A stretch of DNA of 63,092 bases, filler included. It is 5 parts of 5 records of this genome, joined end to end, with 100 filler letters (N's around TTAATTAATTAA, not from the genome) between each part and the next. Parts side by side here need not be neighbours in the genome. Positions count along the whole stretch, not along the records: positions 50,762 to 63,092 come from DRR378314_465; 4 more parts are not named here. The stretch is one strand, 5' to 3'. The notes under the pieces are model-generated. The model worked only from the letters and a program-made list of their open reading frames with translations, searched no databases and was not told the origin of the DNA. Positions within the stretch are counted from its first letter, which is position 1. The number at the start of each line of letters is the position of its first letter. The position numbers and the translations under genes are program-made. Positions 51,782-60,337 of the stretch are shown piece by piece.

Positions 51782-53920
51782 ATGTTTAAAACCTCTCTAA
51801 CCTTACTGGCACTTGCTGTTAGCACCACAACCTTTGCTGATGACACTATTAAAAAAGAGCAACTAACGGATGAACAAATGGAGCGTATTGTTGTTTCCGG
51901 TAGCCGTGTTTTTGAGAGCATTGATGAGGTCCCTGCATCAATTACCGTTATTAATCAAAAGCAGATTGAAGAGCATTTAAAAGTTAACCCTGAACTACAA
52001 AGCCTGCTTGCGCAAATGGTGCCGGGCCTCGCGCCTGATACTGGGAGTTCAAGTAACACAGGTCAAACACTGCGCGGCCGCGCTCCACTGGTGATGATTG
52101 ACGGTGTGCCGCAATCAACACCATTGCGCAATGGTTCTTTAGGCATTAAAACGCTCGACCCAAGTGCCATAAGCAGAATAGAGGTTATCAAAGGCGCAAC
52201 CTCTATCTACGGCAATGGCGCTTCCGGCGGTATTATCAACTACATAACCAAACACGCTAAAAGTAATGATAAAACACAGGGCGAAATCAGCCTATCAAGT
52301 CGTTTTAGCGCAGTAAAACTAGAAGAAAGCGCTGGCGCAAGATTGTCAGCTGCCATAAACGGTCGCGCTGACAAATTTAGCTATTTAGTAACGGCAAGCT
52401 ATGAAGAAAACGGCGTTCAGCGTGATTCGCAAGGCGATATTCTAGGTCTGCAATACGGCTTGTCCGATGCGGTTACAGAAAACTATTTTACAAAACTTGG
52501 CTATGATTTTGACGACGAAAAACAGCTACAATTTAGCTATAACTACTTTAGTTCACAGCAAAAAACAGACCTTGGTGATGTAAATGGTGATATGAGTTTA
52601 GGTGAAAAAACCTACGCAATTCATGTACCACCAGAATTACAAAAAAAAGGTAAACCACAAGGCCCTGAAGGCAACGAAAATATTACCCTAAAATACACAG
52701 ATTATGCATTATTTGAAAACACCCAAATGACGCTAGATCTCTATATGCAAGATATAGAAAACGTATTTTTCTTCTCACCAAACCTCGCAAACCCTGAGGA
52801 AAACTTCGATGGTGGCCAATCAGTCATCAGCTCAGACAAAAAAGGCGCGCGTGCTACATTTAATACACAAGTAGACTTCGACACAATTGAAGCTTCTTTT
52901 ATTTATGGCATTGATGCATTAAATGATGTCACTTCACAACCACTGGTAGATGGTCGTGTTTGGGTTCCTGAGATGGATATGAAAAGCGTTGCGGGATTTC
53001 TACAAACTAAATGGGTAATTGCGAATGACCTTATTGTCAAAGCAGGTGTTCGCCAAGAAAGCATTGATTTAAGCGTAGACGATTACCGCACACTCAAACT
53101 ATGTAAAACGCCAACTCAATGCTCAATACCGATCAATGTAAAAGGTGACACCATTGATTACGATGCTACAACTTATAACGTTGGTATTAAATACAACCTT
53201 AGTGAAAAATTCAGCCCATTTATAAGTTACTCGCAAGGCTCTGATATATCAGATGTTGGGCGCCTACTTCGCGCAGCAACAGTAAACGATATTGGGCTTA
53301 TTCAAACCCAGGCTTCAATTATCGATAATTACGAAATTGGCTTTAACTCACAGTTTGAAAACCTACGTATTGAAATCGCAGCCTATCGCAGCACCTCTGA
53401 ACTTGGCACAACTAACAAATTTAACGAAGTGACTGGTGTATATGAGCCAGTACGTGCACCACAAGAAATTTGGGGCTACGAAACGCTAGTAGATTACACA
53501 ATTGCCTCAAACCTTAAATTACTGGCAACCTATAGTTATGTTGAAGGTAAAAATACCGAAGCAGATGTGTACTTAGGCTCAAAACAAATAAGCCCACCAA
53601 AAGCGACAGCAAACTTAAACTGGCAACCTGATGATAAAACATCACTGACACTGAGTTACCTACATGTTAGCGATAGAAAGCGCTTTGCACCAAATGACGA
53701 TGGCAAGTATGTTGGCGATCAAGGTCCCGTCAACAGCTACAATATTTTTAACTTAAGCGGTCAATACAAATTTGACGATAACTGGCAGGGTTTTATAGGC
53801 ATTGAAAACTTACTCAATGAAGACTACTTCCCTGCCCGCGCTCAGTCATATACATACGGCGGCTATAATATAAAAGGCCTCGGTACAACCGCTACTGTCG
53901 GTGTTAAATACCAGTTTTAA
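51782..53920 (+). CDS. TonB-dependent siderophore receptor
   Basis: TonB box ERIVVSG, plug LRGR..IDGVP..RIEVIKG..YG..GGIIN, C-terminal YQF. Confidence 0.95.
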   Translation: MFKTSLTLLALAVSTTTFADDTIKKEQLTDEQMERIVVSGSRVFESIDEVPASITVINQKQIEEHLKVNPELQSLLAQMVPGLAPDTGSSSNTGQTLRGRAPLVMIDGVPQSTPLRNGSLGIKTLDPSAISRIEVIKGATSIYGNGASGGIINYITKHAKSNDKTQGEISLSSRFSAVKLEESAGARLSAAINGRADKFSYLVTASYEENGVQRDSQGDILGLQYGLSDAVTENYFTKLGYDFDDEKQLQFSYNYFSSQQKTDLGDVNGDMSLGEKTYAIHVPPELQKKGKPQGPEGNENITLKYTDYALFENTQMTLDLYMQDIENVFFFSPNLANPEENFDGGQSVISSDKKGARATFNTQVDFDTIEASFIYGIDALNDVTSQPLVDGRVWVPEMDMKSVAGFLQTKWVIANDLIVKAGVRQESIDLSVDDYRTLKLCKTPTQCSIPINVKGDTIDYDATTYNVGIKYNLSEKFSPFISYSQGSDISDVGRLLRAATVNDIGLIQTQASIIDNYEIGFNSQFENLRIEIAAYRSTSELGTTNKFNEVTGVYEPVRAPQEIWGYETLVDYTIASNLKLLATYSYVEGKNTEADVYLGSKQISPPKATANLNWQPDDKTSLTLSYLHVSDRKRFAPNDDGKYVGDQGPVNSYNIFNLSGQYKFDDNWQGFIGIENLLNEDYFPARAQSYTYGGYNIKGLGTTATVGVKYQF

Positions 53921-54149
53921 TACTCTGCTTCTCTAACTCGTTCATTACACAGAGTAAAGAACGAGTTAGATTAGACCTTAAGCAATGCAGCAGAAATATA
54001 AATCGTAATCTGTTCATAATTAAACCAACAATGCAAACTTAAACGAGAATCACACTCAATAGTAACCAACTGATTTAAAAGGAAAATACTTGCAAAAAGT
54101 AATTTTTGTACTACACTAGCTACAATCAATCTTTTAGAAGGTCACAATT

Positions 54150-54623
54150 ATGAAAGGTAATCAAAAAGTTATCGACAGCTTCAATAAGTTATTAGCCAAT
54201 GAGCTTGCAGCCATTGACCAATATTTTATCCACTCTCGCATGTATGACGATTGGGGTTTAGATAAACTTTATGTTCGCCTAAATCATGAGATGGAAGAAG
54301 AAAAAGATCACGCCGATTGGCTTATCAAGCGCATCTTATTTTTAGAAGGTGTTCCAAATATGACAAAACGCCGTGACTTGATTATTGGTCATGACGTTAA
54401 AAGCATGATGCAAAACGACTTAACTCTTGAACTTGAAGTTGTTGAATGTGTTAAAGAGGTTATTGCTGTTTGTGAACAAGAAAAAGACTATCAGTCTCGT
54501 GAAATCTTAGAAAAGCTGTTATTCGATACAGAAGAAGATCACGTTTACTGGTTAGAGCAACAACTTGGCTTAATTGATAAAATTGGTAGCCAAAACTATC
54601 ACCAATCACAAATGGGCGAATAG
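54150..54623 (+). CDS. bfr: Bacterioferritin subunit 1 (ferroxidase centre present, haem Met52 absent)
   Basis: E18, E51, H54 and EEDH present; K at position 52. Confidence 0.93.
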   Translation: MKGNQKVIDSFNKLLANELAAIDQYFIHSRMYDDWGLDKLYVRLNHEMEEEKDHADWLIKRILFLEGVPNMTKRRDLIIGHDVKSMMQNDLTLELEVVECVKEVIAVCEQEKDYQSREILEKLLFDTEEDHVYWLEQQLGLIDKIGSQNYHQSQMGE

Positions 54624-54633
54624 GAGCAAACAC

Positions 54634-55098
54634 ATGAAAGGCGATAAAGACGTAATTGTTGCACTAAACAAAGTCCTAGCAAATGAACTGGTAGGAATTA
54701 ATCAATACTTTTTACATGCACGCATGTTTAAAGATTTTGGTTTTAGTGTACTTGATAAAGCTGATTACAAAGTGTCTATTCAAAAAATGAAAAATGCCGA
54801 TCGTTTAATCGAACGTATTTTATTTTTAGAAGGCTTGCCTAATTTACAAGATCTTGGCCGTTTACGCATTGGTGAAAACAGCGAAGAAATGATCAACGCT
54901 AATATGAGCTTTGAACTCGATTCACTCGATGATCTTAAAGATGCAATTAAACTTGCTGAAAGCAAACAAGATTATATCAGCCGCGAAGCACTTGATAACA
55001 TTTTAAACGAGCAAGAAGAGCAAATCGATTGGCTTGAAACCCAGCAACAGCTTATTAAAAGCACGGGTATTGAAAACTACTTACAATCGCAAATGTGA
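54634..55098 (+). CDS. bfr: Bacterioferritin subunit 2 (haem Met52 present, ferroxidase centre degenerate)
   Basis: M52 kept; K51, N54, Q127, Q130 replace the catalytic ligands. Confidence 0.93.
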   Translation: MKGDKDVIVALNKVLANELVGINQYFLHARMFKDFGFSVLDKADYKVSIQKMKNADRLIERILFLEGLPNLQDLGRLRIGENSEEMINANMSFELDSLDDLKDAIKLAESKQDYISREALDNILNEQEEQIDWLETQQQLIKSTGIENYLQSQM

Positions 55099-55111
55099 GC
55101 AGATTAAAAAC

Positions 55112-55140
55112 AAAAAAAGCAGCTTAGGCTGCTTTTTTTT
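55112..55140. terminator. Bidirectional terminator between bfr and bfd
   Basis: AAAAAAAGCAGC-ttag-GCTGCTTTTTTTT. Confidence 0.88.
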
Positions 55141-55161
55141 GCTTTGTAACTAATACTGTAG

Positions 55162-55356
55162 CTACGCAACTTGATCTGTAATATCAGCTATTTCAATAAG
55201 CTTACGATTAAGGATTTTTTTAGTACAGCAACAACATTTACCGCATTGACTCCCGACCTTAAGCTCTTTACTGAGCTCACGCATCGTCATCGCACCTTCG
55301 TCGATTGTTTGTTCAATTTTTTTATCTGTCACACCGTGACATAAACAGATATACAT
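55162..55356 (-). CDS. bfd: Bacterioferritin-associated ferredoxin
   Basis: MYICLCHGVTD..GSQCGKC, 64 aa. Confidence 0.95.
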   Translation of the reverse strand: MYICLCHGVTDKKIEQTIDEGAMTMRELSKELKVGSQCGKCCCCTKKILNRKLIEIADITDQVA

Positions 55357-55438
55357 GAATACAAACCACTCTCAATTACATTTGAGCCTGTATATTAATC
55401 TAAACGCTAACTGTTCGCAATTAGTTTTTAAAATAAAT

Positions 55439-55453
55439 TGAGAATTATTTTTA
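55439..55453. promoter_or_regulatory. Fur box upstream of bfd
   Basis: TGAGAAT-T-ATTTTTA versus the TGATAAT-N-ATTATCA consensus. Confidence 0.6.
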
Positions 55454-55524
55454 TTTGTGGCCAGCGCCACTTAAATCGAGAATTCACGGCAGCTTGAGAA
55501 TTGTTTGAATTTCATTAAAAGCAC

Positions 55525-55662
55525 GGCACTTAAATTGAGGTTTATTGATCCTATTATGGCCTTAAGTTGTGCCATATAAATCGAGATTCAATTAGCTTAT
55601 TAATCCTTTAAACTGTGCCTTTCAAGTCGAGATTTATTAATCTCACCTGTTCTTAAATTTAA
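55525..55662. repeat. Degenerate 46-bp tandem repeat x3 (extra partial copy at 55466)
   Basis: Units start at 55525, 55571 and 55617 with core GCCACTTAAATCGAGATTTATT. Confidence 0.75.
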
Positions 55663-55792
55663 GTAAGATTAGCTTTAGGTAAATAAGTAGTGAGTTCATG
55701 AATTGATCTCATAAAGGCTTTATAAGCCTTTATGAATAAATATGGAATTTACTGAAGCGTTTCTATTTCCGGTTTGTGCCAAGAGCAGACAT

Positions 55793-55882
55793 TGGTAACG
55801 CCAGCTACAACGGACGTGTTTTAAGTGATTGAGTGAAACGAAAGCGGCTTAAAACCGTTCCGATTGCTTGCTTTTGTTTGTT
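55793..55882 (-). mobile_element. attC site E (R'' degenerate)
   Basis: AACAAAC..CGGAACG-GTTTTAAG/CTTAAAAC-ACGTCCG..GGC GTTACCA directly after a stop codon. Confidence 0.7.
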
Positions 55883-56217
55883 TATTGTGAACAGATACAA
55901 TAATCAATATTTCTATCAAAAGCATTGCACTTCTCTATGGCACCTATTTTTCCCATCTTAGCTTCACCTGAATGATAACCAAAGCTTCCACCTGATAACC
56001 GTGAAGATACCTTTTTATAATTGTACCAAGCAACTTCGATTATATTTGATGTTTTTTGGAATCCTTTACAGACATCAAGGAAGCGCACTTGTTCTTTAGT
56101 AATCGGTTTTATTTCACCATTCTCAAGTGCTGACATCCATACGCCGTACTTTTTTATTGCAGCTAGGTTGTCATCACTTAAACTACTTATCTCCTGCGGG
56201 GTTAACTTAAACTCTAT
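55882..56217 (-). CDS. DUF413/MaoP(YifE)-like cassette protein; open frame extends to an ATA at 56217
   Basis: KYGVWMSALENGEIKPITKEQVRFLDVCKG..IEVAWYNYK resembles DUF413; first ATG is internal (56136). Confidence 0.6.
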   Translation of the reverse strand: MEFKLTPQEISSLSDDNLAAIKKYGVWMSALENGEIKPITKEQVRFLDVCKGFQKTSNIIEVAWYNYKKVSSRLSGGSFGYHSGEAKMGKIGAIEKCNAFDRNIDYCICSQ

Positions 56218-56226
56218 ATTAATTAA

Positions 56227-56394
56227 CTACTTATGAGCATCCGCATCGGCCTGACTCGCATCAACACCAGCCGAATGCGTGTCGCTATCTACAGAATGTT
56301 TTTCAAAACGATTCGCCTTGTGTTTTTTTGAGGAAGGTACAAAAAACATCCAACCTACAATAGCGACAAATAGACAGATAAATAATATTTCCAC
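56227..56394 (-). CDS. Small single-TM cassette protein
   Basis: GTG start with GAGG RBS just inside attC D R'; hydrophobic N-terminus and acidic tail. Confidence 0.6.
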   Translation of the reverse strand: MEILFICLFVAIVGWMFFVPSSKKHKANRFEKHSVDSDTHSAGVDASQADADAHK

Positions 56395-56421
56395 AACTAC
56401 CTCAGAAGAAGGCCAGAGCAA

Positions 56422-56477
56422 ACATAACGCCCCAAGCGCCACAATGTTACGAATCCGACTGACTTGGCTTGTTAGCA
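56422..56477 (-). mobile_element. attC site D (short)
   Basis: TGCTAAC AAGCCAAG..CTTGG GGC GTTATGT. Confidence 0.75.
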
Positions 56478-57034
56478 GCTTGTTGAACTAACACATGGAC
56501 TGCCCAACCAAACCACCCCATAGTTGGAATTGCCCAAATACGCTGAATTAACCCATTATACTGGCTGGGAATAAACCCTGCGTATATTAACCAAAACATA
56601 AATACATGAATAAAACTCAACAGCAGGCAGAATTCTCGGAAAGCTTTAGACTCTATCATTGACTCAAATTCGAAAGCATAAGCCACTGGTATTAAAACCA
56701 TGAATATAGATAAACCATATAAAAGATGAAGCCTGCTTTCCAACGTCCAAATACCTGCGCTAATCATACTTACACCAAGTAAAAATATTGATAGCGTAGC
56801 CAACGTAATTCGGCTCCGATGAAGTCGCTGAGCAACGAATGCAAAGAGGCACATAGAAAAACCAATAACTATATCTGCTGTTCTATGTGTATAAGCAAAG
56901 AACGGAGCCTCTAGAGCTAGATGACTGATACTTTTAGCTATAGGATTAAAGCCAGTTATAAAGAATCCAATTCCAATGTTATAAATTGAAAATATCCAAA
57001 CTAAGTGAGTTTGTTTTAATAAAATACTATTCAT
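56447..57034 (-). CDS. DUF998-like membrane protein (gene cassette)
   Basis: ISHLA..LHLLYG..GLIQRI motifs; about 5 TM; bounded by GTTAGCAGC and GCTGCTAAC. Confidence 0.78.
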   Translation of the reverse strand: MNSILLKQTHLVWIFSIYNIGIGFFITGFNPIAKSISHLALEAPFFAYTHRTADIVIGFSMCLFAFVAQRLHRSRITLATLSIFLLGVSMISAGIWTLESRLHLLYGLSIFMVLIPVAYAFEFESMIESKAFREFCLLLSFIHVFMFWLIYAGFIPSQYNGLIQRIWAIPTMGWFGWAVHVLVQQAANKPSQSDS

Positions 57035-57063
57035 TTACTCGATACTAAAATATATGCTTTGGC

Positions 57064-57164
57064 TGCTAACGCCTCATTCAGAGGCAATATAATAGCTGGT
57101 TAAAATTAGCGAGGTACGAGCAAAAACCAGCTGTTTTTTATCCTGCTGAAATGACTTGTTAGCT
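57064..57164 (-). mobile_element. attC site C
   Basis: AGCTAAC AAGTCATTTCAG..AACAGCTGGTT/AACCAGCTATT..CTGAATGA GGC GTTAGCA; the gene's stop codon lies in R''. Confidence 0.9.
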
Positions 57165-57647
57165 CTCGCTTAATACCTTGTTGCAACTATAAACTGTGCC
57201 ATCTGTTTCTGATTTAACTTTTAGCAAAGAGTTATTTAGAACTAATATTTCGGATGACTCACTAATATTTTGTGGAAACATACTTTCTAAGTCTAATAGT
57301 TCATCAAACTCAGGATGACTTATATTTACAAGCTTAATTTCTGTTGTTGTTTCGATAAGATATCCATTATCTAGCTCCCAACTTGAACTGTCTGCCATAG
57401 AATATTCCATCTCGGGAATATCTGGTGCTTTGAATTTTAATATGCCAAAGCCATTAGACTTACCATTACGAATATAAGTAACGTCATAATCAATTGATAA
57501 TTTGACATCTTCTTCTTGGAAGTTCAATTTACAATTCCAAGTTCCGTATAGTTTTGTTTCAGGCAGCTCATATTTAATTGGATTTGTGCTGCATGCAGAC
57601 ATCAAAAGTGTACTCGTTATTAATGGTAAAGCTTTAAGGTAATTCAT
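57159..57647 (-). CDS. Hypothetical lipoprotein (gene cassette)
   Basis: Lipobox LMSAC; LYGTWNC lipocalin-like motif; AAGGA RBS. Confidence 0.8.
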   Translation of the reverse strand: MNYLKALPLITSTLLMSACSTNPIKYELPETKLYGTWNCKLNFQEEDVKLSIDYDVTYIRNGKSNGFGILKFKAPDIPEMEYSMADSSSWELDNGYLIETTTEIKLVNISHPEFDELLDLESMFPQNISESSEILVLNNSLLKVKSETDGTVYSCNKVLSES

Positions 57648-57670
57648 ATATATCCTTATATTGACTAGAG

Positions 57671-57729
57671 AGCTAGCATTTTAGTATTTATGCGACACGC
57701 AGTTTGTGTTGCATAATCGCTTGTTGGGC
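57671..57729 (-). mobile_element. attC site B (R' mutated GTT>GCT)
   Basis: GCCCAAC AAGCG ATTATGCAACAC/GTGTCGCATAAAT .. GCTAGCTCTC. Confidence 0.65.
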
Positions 57730-58103
57730 TGAGGCGCTACCTGCTCGGTGTATAGAGTTGGTGTTGTTTATGCTATGGGAATTTGCTTTTTAGAGGCTCT
57801 AGCTAAATCAGCTAATTTAATAAGCTTACTTATTATAATTTAAGCTTTCCCTGCATTGCTCAGCGTTTATTATCTATTCATTAAACCGAATGTTTAACCG
57901 TTAAGCAAGGATATTTTTCTTACGCACAGTCGTGACTAGCCTGAGCAGTTAAGCAGGTTAACTTATTGACTTGATGCAGCAAGCAAGATGATAATTAACA
58001 GTGAGGGCTATCAATAAATCAAAGGTGATGTCATGCGCCACCGTTTTTGACTGGCCGGTTATCGCTCACAGCCGAACTTTGTAAAAGTGCCATGAGCGGA
58101 AGT

Positions 58104-58199
58104 TCGTAACGCCGCCTCAAGCTGTGAGTGAACACGTGCCATGTTTGAGCGGAGAGTTCGGCACGCGTTTACGAATCAGGCTTAAAGGCTTTGTTAACC
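58104..58199 (-). mobile_element. attC site A
   Basis: GGTTAAC AAAGCCTTTAAGC..ACGCGTGCC/GGCACGTGT..GCTTGAGG CGGC GTTACGA; the gene's stop codon lies in R''. Confidence 0.9.
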
Positions 58200-58637
58200 G
58201 TCAAAATCGATGATTATAAGAACACTGTTTGCTGTGTCGTAAAGAACCATAAGTGAATATACAAAAACACCAATAATGGCAACATTTAGAAGTAGTTCAG
58301 CATTATCCATAGCAATAATATGTTCTGAACCTTTAATACTAAGTATGCTGATCGATATGACGACCAGTGCTATTTGTTCTTTTATTGATAGTAACATTTG
58401 GTCACGTGTACGTTTGAAACAACCAGCACTACCTTTAGAATCAACCATTTCACGAACTTTAGTCAAAACAATACCCATCGTAGTAGCGTTAATAGCTAGC
58501 AAAGCAATGAGTATCGTAACTAGATTTTGTGCTAAAAACGTATGTAAAAACTCAGACCCAAGCCATGAGTTTGTCAGTTCAGCAATGAAGCCAACCCCTA
58601 AGGCAATGAATGTGGTTTTTACAACGTGTCCTATCAT
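58194..58637 (-). CDS. Four-TM membrane protein, second gene of a two-gene cassette
   Basis: 147 aa with four hydrophobic segments; ATGA overlap with the upstream gene. Confidence 0.82.
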   Translation of the reverse strand: MIGHVVKTTFIALGVGFIAELTNSWLGSEFLHTFLAQNLVTILIALLAINATTMGIVLTKVREMVDSKGSAGCFKRTRDQMLLSIKEQIALVVISISILSIKGSEHIIAMDNAELLLNVAIIGVFVYSLMVLYDTANSVLIIIDFDG

Positions 58638-59485
58638 TTGAGCAACTCTTTTAATACTTGGGCAATTTGTTCCGCATTACCCGTTAATTCCATTTCACCC
58701 AACGATATTTCTTTGACTGTGCGGGAAGTCTGATGATGTTTCTTAATGCCATCAATTTTAAGTGAAATATTACCTCCCCCCTCACTACTATAGTCAACCA
58801 AACCTTTCAACGCAGAGTTATCTTCTTCAAGATGCAGTGCTGAATCATGCTCAGATTCAATTTTCAAATTGTTTCTTGTCGAGTTTGTACACTTTGCAAA
58901 CAATTTAAGATCATCAGGTAATGTCCCTGAGATATTTGCCATATTTGGAGTTATTATTTCAAAATCAACTGATTTTACTTTGCCACGATATTTTCGTAAT
59001 AAAGTCCAAAATTGTTGTTTTTCAAATAATGGTTCGTATATAGCTCGAAGTTGAAAATGAGTTAACTGCGGCTCTATTTTTTCTAGTATGAGTTTTGCTA
59101 CGGTTTCACACTTTGCAAATGCAGTTGTTCTTTTTTGAACAGCTATGTACTGCTTATCAGGATGGTTCCAGATCGCAACGAGAATGGACGGCCAACTATC
59201 GATTGTTTCATCTTTGAAGTCACGCGTTTCTCTATGAAGAGTTTTATTGTGGGCAATTCGATACAAGTAAAAATCACCGTGATTAAGTAATTGCTTGACC
59301 ACAGTCTTATGCCGTTTATTTGAAAAGTCTGATTGAACCAGCAAAGCTTGAGCAAAAAACTTGTTTTTCTGCTTGATCAATTCTTCAACATTATGAACTC
59401 CGTTAAAGAAGTCACCTTGAAAGTATCGGTCTACAGGAAGAATCTGATACCTAAACAACTTAAATGTGTTCGTTTTACTACTCAT
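58634..59485 (-). CDS. Hypothetical soluble protein (DUF4747/KwaB-like by motif impression), first gene of the cassette
   Basis: 283 aa; FW..L.....VKSVDFEIITPN motif; GGAG RBS; starts 31 nt after an R' box. Confidence 0.78.
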   Translation of the reverse strand: MSSKTNTFKLFRYQILPVDRYFQGDFFNGVHNVEELIKQKNKFFAQALLVQSDFSNKRHKTVVKQLLNHGDFYLYRIAHNKTLHRETRDFKDETIDSWPSILVAIWNHPDKQYIAVQKRTTAFAKCETVAKLILEKIEPQLTHFQLRAIYEPLFEKQQFWTLLRKYRGKVKSVDFEIITPNMANISGTLPDDLKLFAKCTNSTRNNLKIESEHDSALHLEEDNSALKGLVDYSSEGGGNISLKIDGIKKHHQTSRTVKEISLGEMELTGNAEQIAQVLKELLK

Positions 59486-59509
59486 AATACTCCGAGATTA
59501 GCCCATGAT

Positions 59510-59684
59510 GGTTAACAGCTTTATCAGAGGACACTTTCCCTATTTTAGCGTGAAAACATCCATATTTTATTAGCTTCTATTAATAACAAAAAGCATAAGT
59601 TATTGCTAGCTATATATATTATGCTTAGGATGGCTTATTTCGTTATGTAGAAGGGGGGAAAGTACCCTTTAGCCTTACTTAGCA
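59510..59684 (-). mobile_element. Upstream recombination site F (degenerate long attC or attI-like)
   Basis: R' GTTAACC at 59516-59510; imperfect inverted repeat 59527-59540/59656-59669; R'' not canonical. Confidence 0.5.
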
Positions 59685-59846
59685 GGGGGCAAATTTCCTG
59701 AATGACCGCTGATCGATCAAAATCCTTTTAGACAAAATGTGATTTAACGTAATTATTCTATAGGTCTCAGAGTTACCCTAAATTCGAGGCTTGCTCATCT
59801 GATGCGGAAAGACCACTGTTAAATATTGACTTGGAACAGGTAAAAA

Positions 59847-60218
59847 CTACTTTGAATTTAACTCTATCCCATTCGCCTCTGACCATTTTCTTAAATCATC
59901 TAAAATAGAAAGTGCTGATTTGCCAAAATCAGTAAGTTCATATGTAACAGCTATGGGTCTGTCGCTTATAACCCTTCTAATTACCATACCTTCTTCTTCA
60001 AGTTCCTTGAGACGTTGATCAACCATTTTTTTTGTTGCGCCGCCTAGCATTCGAGCTAAATCATTAAATCGGACTGGCTCATCTTTTAAATGATAAATGA
60101 TTGATCCTTTCCATTTTCCACCGATCAAACGCATACCTTTTTCAATCGCGCAAGGCTCCATGCACGCGTTATAAACTTTTTTTCTTCCCTTAGTATCTGT
60201 TTTTATATAACTTTCCAC
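59847..60218 (-). CDS. HxlR-family transcriptional regulator
   Basis: CAIEKGMRLIGGKWKG..RFNDL..QRLKELE..VTYELT. Confidence 0.92.
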   Translation of the reverse strand: MESYIKTDTKGRKKVYNACMEPCAIEKGMRLIGGKWKGSIIYHLKDEPVRFNDLARMLGGATKKMVDQRLKELEEEGMVIRRVISDRPIAVTYELTDFGKSALSILDDLRKWSEANGIELNSK

Positions 60219-60337
60219 AGTTGCTCACTCATTTTACTTAGGTTACTAAAAGTATACTAATTGATAGTTGTATGTAGGTGTATAAAATATACCACGGTTA
60301 AGCATTCAAAATAAATTTTATTTTTGGAGAAACTCAA

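Noticed and set aside
55525-55662. Possible CRISPR array
   Set aside because: Similarity extends across the whole 46-bp unit with no unique spacers, and there are no cas genes.
57730-58086. ORF-less cassette or ncRNA between attC A and attC B
   Set aside because: Its ends (GTTACGA vs GCCCAAC) do not match as a single cassette, and no ORF or convincing structure is visible; probably a deletion remnant.
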